DNA from: Haliotis rufescens
Taxonomy: Eukaryota
NCBI RefSeq assembly: GCF_023055435.1
Contig: NW_025964373.1
Span: 930,001 to 994,000, forward strand
DNA length: 64,000 nt
Direction: 5' to 3'
The notes beneath the pieces were generated by a model. It worked only from the letters and a program-made list of their open reading frames with translations, searched no databases and was not told the origin of the DNA. Numbering within the stretch: position 1 is the first letter of the stretch; every line of letters begins with the position of its first letter. The translations under genes were made by a program, and so were the position numbers. This document shows positions 37,524-49,593 of this stretch, piece after piece.

Positions 37524-38787
37524 GTACATAAATATGTCTATATTAACTTCCCAGATGGCTTATTTCATCACACACAGAAAACTGAAGACAATAATACCAA
37601 ATCAGTGGCATTGTTCTGTGCAATAATGTAACACAAGCCCCGTCCATTCTACTATCAGCCAATCAGGAAACAGTAGTCTGAGAGTGGGTGTGGTCTAATT
37701 TTGTTTTCTGTTTATGGAAACTTAAATATAAAAAATTGCCAATCAGAAGCCATGAAATCACTTGCAATTTATTTATAGAAGCATAACTGCACCTTTTCTG
37801 TAACTATAGTTGTACTTCGGAACATAGTGTAAATATATTGGTCTTAAGCTACTTGTAGTAATATTGCAAGAATATCACTGACTCCACACAATGGGGTCAT
37901 GTGGGGGTCGGAACTGACATGACACAAAAATGATCTCTTGTCATGCACACAACTACCATCAACCTGTTGAACAGTTCTACTGGAGATAGATGTGTGTGCT
38001 AACAGTGACAGGACCCTTTCCATGATCACAAGAAGTCTCTGCCGAATCCATTGTACGATTCAGCCTACATCCTGAGCTTGTGTTTAGGACTCACTATGGA
38101 CTAGTGATGACACCAGGTGTCTGCGACGTGGTGAGTGTATCCTGTCCCACCGGTGACACTCGTCACAAACAACATGGCCTTCCTTGTTCTGACCTAGTTT
38201 CAGAATCACAAAAGCGGCAGGCTGCTTCATGTGAAAGTTTAAGCAATGTACATTGTCAGATTGCTCCATACATGTGACCGACCAGGAGAAGGGGCCTTAT
38301 GGGAGCCAGGATACAATTGTGCTGTGACGTCATACGTTAACTTAAATTTCCATATGTGCGAACTGTACGACAATATCTTATTTTTCTCGTTCGTAATGTA
38401 ATAAAACATTTTTTCCAAACATTGTACAATGTAGCATATATGTCTACTTTCAACTAATCAGACTGTATATATATATAAACTGCAATCATTACATAAACAG
38501 TTGTAAGTCTGAAAATGGGATTGGGATGGGATTGGAGTCAAACTGTTTGATGCCACGTAATAAATATAAACTTATGAATTGTGAGAAATTCTGTTGTGAC
38601 GAGAGAGATGAAGATAGTGATGAAAAGTAGCCATGGTGGCAAATAATATTTTTTATAAGAGAATAGCGACATAACAAACAACATATTCTAGGAGGAAGGA
38701 TGCCAGACAAGCACGCCAGGACATATCAAACTCACTTAACATTGCGTCAAGATGAGCGAACAATAACATTTATTTCTACAATCTTAC

Positions 38788-38962
38788 CTGTCATGGTAAA
38801 TATTCCGACTAGGACACCTATATTCCGCCCTGCTAACATGACATCCTCGCTGTCGGCAGTTGCACCCGTTTGTTTGGACTTGCGGGCGGCCCATAATCCT
38901 ACTCCAAGGATTAGTACATAGAAGAGAATAATAGCGATGAGGCCTGGTATGTGGATCGTCAT
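38788..38962 (-). CDS. SLC5A7: High-affinity choline transporter 1 (SLC5A7/CHT1), first coding exon
   Basis: Translates [58 protein letters not shown], matching the CHT1 N-terminus (GLIAIIxFY...GRxIG...FTMT). ATG is in GTCACCATG context. Phase-1 donor G|GTAAG at 38788/38787. A polypyrimidine tract plus CAG acceptor at 39019-39040 makes the exon 39018-38788, including 56 nt of 5' UTR. Confidence 0.96.
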
Positions 38963-39239
38963 GGTGACGATGCCTCCCTTTCTCCTTCTATTCCCTCAAC
39001 CAATCAGCATTCAGTAAACTGAAAAATAAAAAAATAAATTCAATATTCTGGTATTAATAATTGTTTTATGGATATAAATATTTCATGGAATGACAACAAT
39101 GAAATTCCTACAAAATATGTGGCTCCTGAAAGTCACCATATATTCACTGAGCCTACAAACACTGAGGCAGTTCTGTGAAAGACAAATATGATGATCAAAT
39201 TGTAAACAATTCATTCCAAATTCTGGTATCTGGTATACA

Positions 39240-42200
39240 TCGTGGCTGGAGGCTAACATCCTTTACATGGTGGCAAGAGGCTAACCTCCTTTACATGGTG
39301 GCTAGAGGCTAACACCCTTTACATGGTGGCTAGAGGCTAACATCCTTTCCATGGTGGCTAGAGGCTAACACCCTTTACATAGTGGCTGGAGGCTAACACC
39401 CTTTACATAGTGGCTAACACCCTTTACATGGTGGCTAGAGGCTAACACCCTTTACATGGTGGCTAGAGGCTAACATCCTTTACATGGTGGCTAACACCCT
39501 TTACATAGTGGCTGGAGGCTAACACCCTTTACATTATGGCAAGAGGCTAACACCCTTTACATGGTGGCTGGAGGCTAACACCCTTTACATGGTGGCTAGA
39601 GGCTAACATCCTTTACATGGTGGCTAGAGGCTAACACCCTTTACATAGTGGCTGGAGGCTAACACTCTTTACATGGTGGCTAGAGGCTAACAAGTATTGT
39701 CACCAGTAGACAGACTTACCCTGTACATAGTGGCTAGAGGCTAACATCCTTTACATGGTGGCTAAAGGCTGACACCCTTTACATGGTGACAGAGGCTAAC
39801 ATCCTTTACATGGTGGCTAGAGGCTAACACCCTTTACATAGTGGCTGGAGGCTAACACCCTTTACATGGTGGCTAGAGGCTAACAAGTATTGTCACCAGT
39901 AGACAGACTTACCCTTTACATGTTGGCCAGAGGCCAAGAAGTCTTGTCACCAGTAGACAGACATGCCCTGTAGATAGTAGCTAGAGGCTAACACGTATTG
40001 TCACCAGTAGACAGACATACCCTGTACATAGTGGCTAGAGGCTAACATCCTTTACATGGTGGCTAGAGGCTGACACCCTTTACATGGTGACAGAGGCTAA
40101 GAAGTCTTGTCACCAGTAGACAGACATACCCTGTACATAGTGGCTAGATGCTAACATCCTTTACATGGTGGCTAGAGGCTAACAAGTATTGTCACCAGTA
40201 GACAGACATACCCTATACACAGTGGCTAGAGGCTAACAAGTATTGTCACCAGTAGACAGACATACCCTATACACAGTGGCTAGAGGCGAACAAGTATTGT
40301 CACCAGTAGACAGACATACCCTGTACATAGTGGCTAGAGGCTAACAAGTATTGTCAACAGTAGACAGACATACCCTGTACATAGTGGCTAGAGGCTAACA
40401 AGTATTGTCACCAGTAGACAGACATACCCTGTACATAGTGGCTAGAGGCTAACAAGTATTGTCAACAGTAGACAGACATACCCTGTACACAGTGGCTAGA
40501 GGCAAACAAGTATTGTCAACAGTAGACAGACATACCCTGTACATAGTGGCTAGAGGCTAACAAGTATTGTCAACAGTAGACAGACATACCCTGTACATAG
40601 TGGCTAGATGCTAACATCCTTTACATGGTGGCTAGAGGCTAACAAGTATTGTCACCAGTAGACAGACATACCCTGTACACAGTGGCTAGAGGCTAACAAG
40701 TATTGTCACGAGTAGACAGACTTACCCTGTACATAGTGGCTGGAGGCGAACAAGTATTGCCACCAGTAGACAGATATACCCTGTACGCAGTGGCTAGAGG
40801 CTAACACATATTGTCACCAGTAGACAGACATACCCTGTACATAGTGGCTAGAGGCTAACATCCTTTACATGGTGGCTAGAGGCTGACACCCTTTCATGGT
40901 GACAGAGGCTAAGAAGTCTTGTCACCAGTAGACAGACATACCCTGTACATAGTGGCTAGATGCTAACATCCTTTACATGGTGGCTAGGGGCTAACAAGTA
41001 TTGTCACCAGTAGACAGACATACCCTATACACAGTTGCTAGAGGCTAACAAGTATTGTCACCAGAAGACAGACATACGCTGTACACAGTGGCTAGAGGCT
41101 AACAAGTATTGTCAACAGTAGACAGACATACCCTGTACACAGTGGCTAGAGGCTAACAAGTATTGTCACCAGTAGACAGACATACCCTGTACATAGTGGC
41201 TAGAGGCTAACAAGTATTGTCAACAGTAGACAGACATACCCTGTACATAGTGGCTAGAGGCTAACAAGTATTGTCACCAGTAGACAGACATACCCTGTAC
41301 ACACTGGCTAGAGGCTAACAAGTATTGTCAACAGTAGACAGACATACCCTGTACATAGTGGCTAGAGGCTAACAAGTATTGTCAACAGTAGACAGACATA
41401 CCCTGTACATAGTGGCTAGAGGCTAACAAGTATTGTCACCAGTAGACAGACATACCCTGTACATAGTGGCTAGAGGCTAACAAGTATTGTCACCAGTAGA
41501 CAGACATACCCTGTACACAGTGGCTAGAGGCAAACAAGTATTGTCAACAGTAGACAGACATACCCTGTACATAGTGGCTAGAGGCTAACAAGTATTGTCA
41601 ACAGTAGACAGACATACCCTGTACATAGTGGCTAGATGCTAACATCCTTTACATGGTGGCTAGAGGCTAACAAGTATTGTCACCAGTAGACAGACATACC
41701 CTGTACATAGTGGCTAGAGGCTAACAAGTATTGTCACCAGTAGACAGACTTACCCTTTACATAGTGGCTGGAGGCGAACAAGTATTGCCACCAGTAGACA
41801 GATATACCCTGTACGCAGTGGCTAGAGGCTAACACGTATTGTCACCAGTAGACAGACATACCCTGTACATAGTGGCTAGAGGCTAACATCCTTTACATGG
41901 TGGCTAGAGGCTGACACCCTTTCATGGTGACAGAGGCTAAGAAGTCTTGTCACCAGTAGACAGACATACCCTGTACATAGTGGCTAGATGCTAACATCCT
42001 TTACATGGTGGCTAGGGGCTAACAAGTATTGTCACCAGTAGACAGACATACCCTATACACAGTTGCTAGAGGCTAACAAGTATTGTCACCAGTAGACAGA
42101 TATACCCTGTACGCAGTGGCTAGAGGCTAACACGTATTGTCACCAGTAGACAGACATACCCTGTACATAGTGGCTAGAGGCTAACATCCTTTACATGGTG

Positions 42201-42900
42201 GCTAGAGGCTGACACCCTTTCATGGTGACAGAGGCTAAGAAGTGTTGTCACCAGTAGACAGACATACCCTGTACATAGTGGCTAGATGCTAACATCCTTT
42301 ACATGGTGGCTAGGGGCTAACAAGTATTGTCACCAGTAGACAGACATACCCTATACACAGTTGCTAGAGGCTAACAAGTATTGTCAACAGTAGACAGACA
42401 TACCCTGTACATAGTGGCTAGAGGCTAACAAGTATTGTCACCAGTAGACAGACATACCCTGTACACAGTGGCTAGAGGCGAACAAGTATTGTCACCAGTA
42501 GACAGACATACCCTGTACATAGTGGCTAGAGGCTAACAAGTATTGTCACCAGTAGACAGACATACCCTGTACACAGTGGCTAGAGGCGAACAAGTATTGT
42601 CACCAGTAGACAGACATACCCTGTACACAGTGGCTAGAGGCTAACAAGTATTGTCACCAGTAGACAGACATACCCTGTACACAGTGGCTAGAGGCGAACA
42701 AGTATTGTCACCAGTAGACAGACATACCCTGTACATAGTGGCTAGAGGCTAAAAAGTATTGTCACCAGTAGACAGACATACCCTGTACACAGTGGCTAGA
42801 GGCGAACAAGTATTGTCACCAGTAGACAGACATACCCTATACACAGTGGCTAGAGGCTAACAAGTATTGCCACCAGTAGACAGACATACACTGTACACGG
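39240..42900. repeat. 3.7-kb compound satellite of related 28-bp and 54-bp monomers
   Basis: 28-mer GTGGCTAGAGGCTAACAYCCTTTACATG and 54-mer GTGGCTAGAGGCTAACAAGTATTGTCACCAGTAGACAGACATACCCTGTACATA. Confidence 0.97.
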
Positions 42901-43285
42901 TAGCTTATATATGGAAACTTCTTCCATGGAGGTGAGCTACAGCCCTTATTTCACAAGCACTGAGTTAGTGAGTGAGTGAGTTGGGCTTAACGCCGCTTTG
43001 AACAGTATTCCAGTTATATCACAGCATTTCAGCTTTTTGGAGGAAAGCTGGAAGTGACTATGCTACAATCCAGGACAACAAGATCCTTGTGGCAGCGAGC
43101 CTGAAGTCACGGCCTCGGTATCCCTGTTTGTCAAATGACCTGACTAAGGGGGATCAGGTGGTCAGTGCACCAAATACATACATCGTTGCTGATGCTTTCA
43201 GTCACTGGTTTGTCTGGTTCAAACTTGCTTACTTACAGACTACAATGATACAGCTGGAATACAGCTGACGCTCACTGACACTGAA

Positions 43286-43715
43286 GGGGTCCTTGTCAGC
43301 ACAGGTGCTACAGAAATGTACCATAGCCAAAATTAGAATACAGAAATGTACCTGGTACCCTTAACGGCTGATGAGTCCAGATTCCCCAACTTGAAATCAA
43401 AATGTTGCAGTTCACCTTATTATGAGTGCATGCGAGCTACTTCTACACGATCTTTTGCCTACCCTACCCTTGCGTACCGGTACGGCCTTGTCAACTTCAG
43501 AAGATAATCCAAAAGTTCCTCCTGACAAACACGTACTGCCATGTTGAATTTAACTGTGATTGGGCATACAGGAAGTGACGAATACCTAAAGAACAAGTTG
43601 TGCATTGTGCCCTGTGGCCATGCCCCAGAATGGACTCATCCTTAGTAAGGGTACGTTTCTGTATTTTGATTTTGGCTAGGGTACCTTCTGTCGCACCTGT
43701 TCCGACAAGGTCCCC
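43286..43715. mobile_element. MITE, PIF/Harbinger-like
   Basis: Imperfect TIRs of about 90 bp (GGGGTCCTTGTCAGCACAGGTGCTACAGAAATGTACC...). GGGG/CCCC ends flanked by GAA and TAA, consistent with a TAA-type TSD. Confidence 0.75.
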
Positions 43716-44142
43716 TAAGCCTCACTGATACCAATGAAAGGTCACTGTACCAATTCCCGACAACAACTAACTGGGCACAGTGACAAGCTGGGTTGCTGCT
43801 GCAATATTTCAGTCTCGCCTATCAGTCTTGATCAACCAACAGTCATCAGTCATATGCACAATCTGATGAATCTTCCTGCCACAGTTGTCATCCATGACAG
43901 ACACTACAACACGATGGTATTCCTATGAAGGCCTAAAATAGACTGATAGACAATGGTGGTCCAAACACTGTCCCTTCTCCTCTGGAAGATGTCTGACTAC
44001 CAGATGACTGGTACTACAAACAAGCATGATGAACCCTAGGGCTGTGTGTCGGCTTCATCAACAAAGCAAGGTCTGCTTTCATGTACGGGAACACAGCGCT
44101 TGTATCTTTGTTGACATGGCATACATAGAGAATCTCACCCTC

Positions 44143-44200
44143 GTGTCTTTTGATATTAAATATATCAACAATTGTTGATATATTTGATATCAAAAGACAC
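44143..44200. repeat. 58-bp loopless palindrome
   Basis: GTGTCTTTTGATATTAAATATATCAACAA|TTGTTGATATATTTGATATCAAAAGACAC, one mismatch. Confidence 0.9.
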
Positions 44201-46687
44201 AATGATGAGATTTATTTATCATCCAACATCATTCTTCTAACTTTTTCAGTTTTTAGCCAGTAATACGCAGTGTCTTAAATGTATTGCTAACAGCTTCAGT
44301 TGCAGAGCCATTAGTGATGTCATTTGATTGTGACGTCATGGTAACCAGTGACGTCACAATGGTCTGCAAAGCATTGTGCTGCAATTTCATTGCAGCGATC
44401 TCACCCAAGCAATATCCAGTTTTGGATGATAAATTGTTTATTCAGTTCCTTTGGGTTTTTTCAATCCTCTGGAGCTTTTTTAAGTACATGTTTAGAAAGA
44501 CACACTCTCTGGCAAATTGGTACTTTTCTCAAGTCCTGGGAACACCACCTGAACTGGTTGCCAGTCAAAGATTATATTTTGTTATGATTTTCTTTCTTTT
44601 TGGAGTATGCAAACAATAAGTTTACAGAATATAGTTCCTAATCAAAGCTGAAAGAAACCTGTGCTGATTCGCATGCTCATTCAAGATGTCTGATCTTCAT
44701 TATTGCATTGTAACTTCACCAAATTTGCAAACTTTTGACTTTACCGGTAGATGTCATTATGTGATATTCTTACCTCATGCGAATTTCAAACACAGGAAGC
44801 ATTAATTTTCTTATATTGGGGAACTTTTGACTTTACCTGCAGATGCATTAAAGAATCATATCAAATCTTTTGAACGTTAAGAAGTAGTCAAAACATCATT
44901 CTTACCAATATGAATTTGCAATAGCATTCGTATTCTTGAATTTAGGTACTTTTCATCTGTGTAGTATACCCTAAGAATTTATGTGTAATCTTTTGAACTG
45001 TCAGAAACTTCACATAAGAAAATGAGTTGTAAGTTTTAGAATGTATCATTTTACTTAATCCACTGAGTGGACAAGGGCCAGATTATCCATGTCAGTACCT
45101 AAATGATAATCTATAAATCTCAATCATTCAAATACAAACTTCAAGTTTAATGCACTCAAAAACACAAAGAAACACAAGCTATCAAGCAAAAGCAACTGTG
45201 CTGAATATTAAATTCTCTCTAATAGGATAGATCTTGTGATATGTGTGACAAATCCTGGGAAATAATCCTTTTGTGCAGACCACTAGTAAATAATATGGCA
45301 TTAAACTGTGTGCATTACTCCATCAGTCCTGTAGGCATGGCAGCATGATTGAGGAATTTATCTCTCAAATTTGAAATCAATACCAACTGCATACGCCCGT
45401 CCTGGGCCTCCTTCATACTGGGGAACATGATTGCCCAGCCCAAACCAATGCAACATGGAACGCTTTTGATGGATGTTTTTATAATGCAAATATAATACCT
45501 CCACCATGAAGGCCTCAAATTATGAGGAAATTGCACTTTTCCTGTCTTTGATTATGATGTATTTACTGAATAAACGCCACTCGAAGACAGAGGGTGCAGT
45601 TCTAAAGAATGTCTGTTGCCTATTATGAAAATCCTTCCATGGAAAATAACAAGCACTGTCAAAATAGTTGTGTGAATCTCATCAAGAATTGAAGAATATG
45701 CTCCAAACAAAGTTCTGACATTTAAACCCTAAGATATGTGTAAACAAAAGTTGACAATTACCGAATTCAAGCCAAACTTAACAAGATTTATTTGGAATAT
45801 TAAAAAGTAATTCTTTCCCAGCGTGAATATGAAATAGCATTCATTTCGTTGAAGCTCGTCAATCACTAAGACTGATAACTTGTTGAATCCATACAACATT
45901 CTGCAGTTGCTATTGATTCTGCAGCTCTTTGATGGCCATGCAGGCCATAATATGTATTAGCTGATGCTGCAACATACGATTACCTCGTCTTTTCCTGTGG
46001 CAGTTTCTCTCCTGAAGGTCTTAGTTCTAAATCAATTACTTCTAACAATCAAGAAGCCTAGCCAAAATATCATTTGTAAAACTGCAAATATGACAGAATA
46101 ATCAGTCACATAAAAATGCCAAAGGCATGTTAGCAAACCTGGGTCTTCAGACAAACCAACTGATAAATGAAACTATTGATGAAAAAAACAAATATGGTTG
46201 CAATCCTTGCTTCACAAATTTAACTTGTGGCTGACTGGTCAAATTTTGTTGCCTGGAATTGAAGACAAGCTGTGATTGGTATGTTCCTGTTTTTCTGATA
46301 CTTCTTGTTCAAATCTATTCCATATATCAAGAAGAAAATCATATCAGTGTATTTAATTTGGCTGTAAAATAATTCTGGTGAGCTATATTTGCTTTAGGAA
46401 ATAAATGTATGCCTCCAGTTTTGTGACTTCAAGGTCATCTGAACTTTACTGATGGAATCATTGGCAAGGTGATAGGCTGACCATATATATTACTCAAACC
46501 AAGTGAAGGAACACCCACAAGTGGAAGGCTGGGTGTGGCAGTATCCGGCAGCCATGACAGATTAAGTAGAGTCATATGAAGGAATTTGGTGTTCTTTAAC
46601 TTTGTGTAAGTGACTCTCTACTCAGTTTGTCTGTTGCTCATAGTTGGTGGTTTATCTCAATCAAGATGTTAATAAACACCTTAATTA

Positions 46688-46984
46688 TAACAAATGTTAT
46701 ATTTAGGCAAACACTTTCTTACTAAAGTACAGATTTTCATACTTTTTTAGGGTTGAGTCTCGTCCGGGATTCCAACCCACACTGCCAGAGTGAGGCACCT
46801 AATCGCCAGCACATAAAGTGGAAGCCTCGGTGGCTGAGTGGGTTAGATTGCTGACTTTGTGTGCTGGCGATTAGGTGCCTCACTCTGGCAGTGTGGGTTT
46901 GAATCCCGGACGGGATTCATCCCTAGAAAGTACAAATATCTGTACTTTGGCAAGAAAGTGTTATCCCAAATATAACAATTGTTA
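46688..46984. mobile_element. Fold-back tRNA-derived element (~130-bp inverted arms)
   Basis: Arms at 46688-46819 and 46854-46984. The + strand tRNA-like head is GCCTCGGTGGCTGAGTGGGTTAG...GTGGGTTTGAATCCC. Confidence 0.8.
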
Positions 46985-49593
46985 CATTTGACCACTTTCT
47001 AAATGCCATTGTGTATTCATACCCCAATTATACTCAAAATGCCTCAGACTGACACAAGCCACTGTTTAAAACATCAAGACCTAAAATGGGCAGCAGGTGG
47101 TCCCCCTTTAAGACGTTTCAAGACGCGAATCACTCTCACGCTGTGAAAACAGGGCATTCCAACATTGAGTATATCTGAGCCTAGAGTATACATCACATGA
47201 CTTCCCTGAATGAGAATACAAAAATATTACTTGGGATAAGTATCCAAGGCCCTTGTCATTAGTGTTACTGCATTTTTTAAGACATATATTGCCTTCAGTG
47301 GAGACAGTGCTCCATTTTCAGCATAGGTCCAGGTCCATGTAGTGTAATTAGGGCCGCGTGTGAAACATTTTCTCCATAAGAATCATGAACTGTTAGAACG
47401 ATGTCAACCATATAGCTTGAGTTATCAGACAAACTGGTTTAGTCTGTCAGACAGGTCCTGAAATAAATATATCATATACAGTCTATGTGGCTTTAATATT
47501 TGGTAAGTCTAGATTACTGCAGATTCTGAAAATGAAGAAAGTCCCATATATTTTCTACTAAATCTTACTCTTAAAATGTATTTCAACAGATTGAACCAAA
47601 TTTGCAATGACAGATAATTTGCCTGACTATAACCCATCTTTAAGGAAAACTCTGTCTCAATTTTTTTAGATATTCTTAATTAAATTAATTAGAGAATTAA
47701 AAAAAGGGGTGATATAAAATAATGTTGAAAGACAGCAATTTTAGTTTCACCAATTCAACACACTTAGACGCATTATTTCGCCTGCACTCATTGTGAGATT
47801 AGTTTAAAAAGTAACATCTTATTACACATTATTTTATGTCATTTAAGACTAAAAATGTTGTCTTGCTTCCAATAATATTGTTGGCATATTCATGCGTTAA
47901 CATATGAATCAAACATCTGAATGTATCTTTTGTTACATTAATCTTTGATGAATGTACCACAGAAACTGAATGTTCAGTCATCCGTGACTATCTTTAATTC
48001 ACACTTTCCTTCATTGTATCTCCTATCACTGACATCAAAATTCATATTATGGCAAAGGTTTTTTGCTGCTGGTTATTTTGGTGCTATCAATTCCATTTCA
48101 TAGCCATGGACTTCAATTGAATCCAGTATCCAAACAGAATGCTAAATTAAACATTATCTTGGTGTGAAAGAGTTGAAAAGTTGGAACCTATGTTGAGCCC
48201 TTAACTTTGCCAATTACCTTACATTCAAAGACAAGCTTTTAACGAGTGTGTTGACTGTAATTATTTCTAGAAATCAATGAATTGCCTCATAAATGTTAAG
48301 CACTGACACATGAGATCGCCCACAATACTTCAACACGATGGGAATACTAAGGTGGCTGAAACAGATCCCTGGGGTTTGAAGAAATTCCAGACACGCATCG
48401 CCCGTTACACATGCGTACTAGCAGTACAAGACCGATCAGTGGTTTGCATGATGAAAGAGATTCGTGGTCATAGGTTTGTAAATACACGCACAAACGTATT
48501 AGACCAGAAACCAGTTATTGACTTCATTACCCCAGTCTTAACTGATTACTTAATGACTCCAAATTTAGACCAAAATGACAGATAGCTGCTGCAATCAAAA
48601 ACACAGGGAAAAATCAGTTTAGAGTTTTTTGTCAAAGGAGACAGTGATTTGGTTGCTGGGCCAAATGCAATTAAAGTGAGATTTATTATGGGAAGACCTA
48701 ACATCATCAGCAGACACACAGTGACATCACTTAATTGAGGGAACCAACATTATAAGCCCTTGACTTTAGGAGCAAAAACTCTTTGTTAATAAACAAGACA
48801 GGAGATGCTACGTCAGTGTTCAACATAGAACCAGGACAAGATCCGAGGCCTTCACTGTATGTCCTCAACAAGAACAGACTTGGTTAAACTCTCATTCCCG
48901 GCAGCAATCAAATATGTAAATTGATTGGTTAGGGCCATAGTCGGGAATTTACCAATGGTGGAGACCAGAGAATCAAGGTCACAGCTATGATGGATATGTT
49001 CTATTCTATACTTCAGTTGCCATGAATACAGAAGAAATCAGATATTCAAGATGAAAAGGAATTAACACAATTTAAATTTGTACTAATTAATCAAATGTGG
49101 TCGATGTGCTGATTTAGTTATGAAGAAGTCACACTTTTTACAAAATAATTCATTAAAAATTCATGCATTTTTTCATCATGTTCCAGTTACTAGCTACAGA
49201 TATAAAATAAACCTGATTGTGGATATTTATTTTTAAATGCATTTGGTTTCTTTTCTATGGGAAAATAGAAGTTACTTCAAGAACACCTTATACCCTAAGC
49301 TACACATGTAAGATTATTTTATCTAGGACAGTAAAATCAAGAATGATATCACTACATTCATGCCAGGGTTTGGGCTTACATGTCCTATGGAAGCAGGGTT
49401 GACCCTTTCATTCTGCAGAATTTCTGCTTAAGGGAGACTAGACTCAAGCTAAATGGCAGTCAAAGCAAGTTTGATTCAACTCAATTGGTTTGCCTCCTAG
49501 CTCAGCATTAATGATGGAGGTTAATCTAGCAGTAAATGAATACACCATGTCTCAGTTTCTCACTGGCACTAATTACATTATCCAAGCCTAGCT

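Noticed and set aside
37844-38280. Possible second Tc1 N-terminal relic (ISSRTVQQ)
   Set aside because: Single short motif with no TIR or catalytic residues found.
1218-38787. Nested host gene in the large intron, by analogy with VAChT inside ChAT
   Set aside because: No long non-repetitive ORF other than the transposase and the virus-like relic, and no MFS transporter motifs.
43365-43400. CTGATGAGTCC...GAAA hammerhead-like motif
   Set aside because: No stem II closes before GAAA. GATGAGTCCA instead pairs with TGGACTCATC at about 43630 as part of the MITE's inverted repeat.
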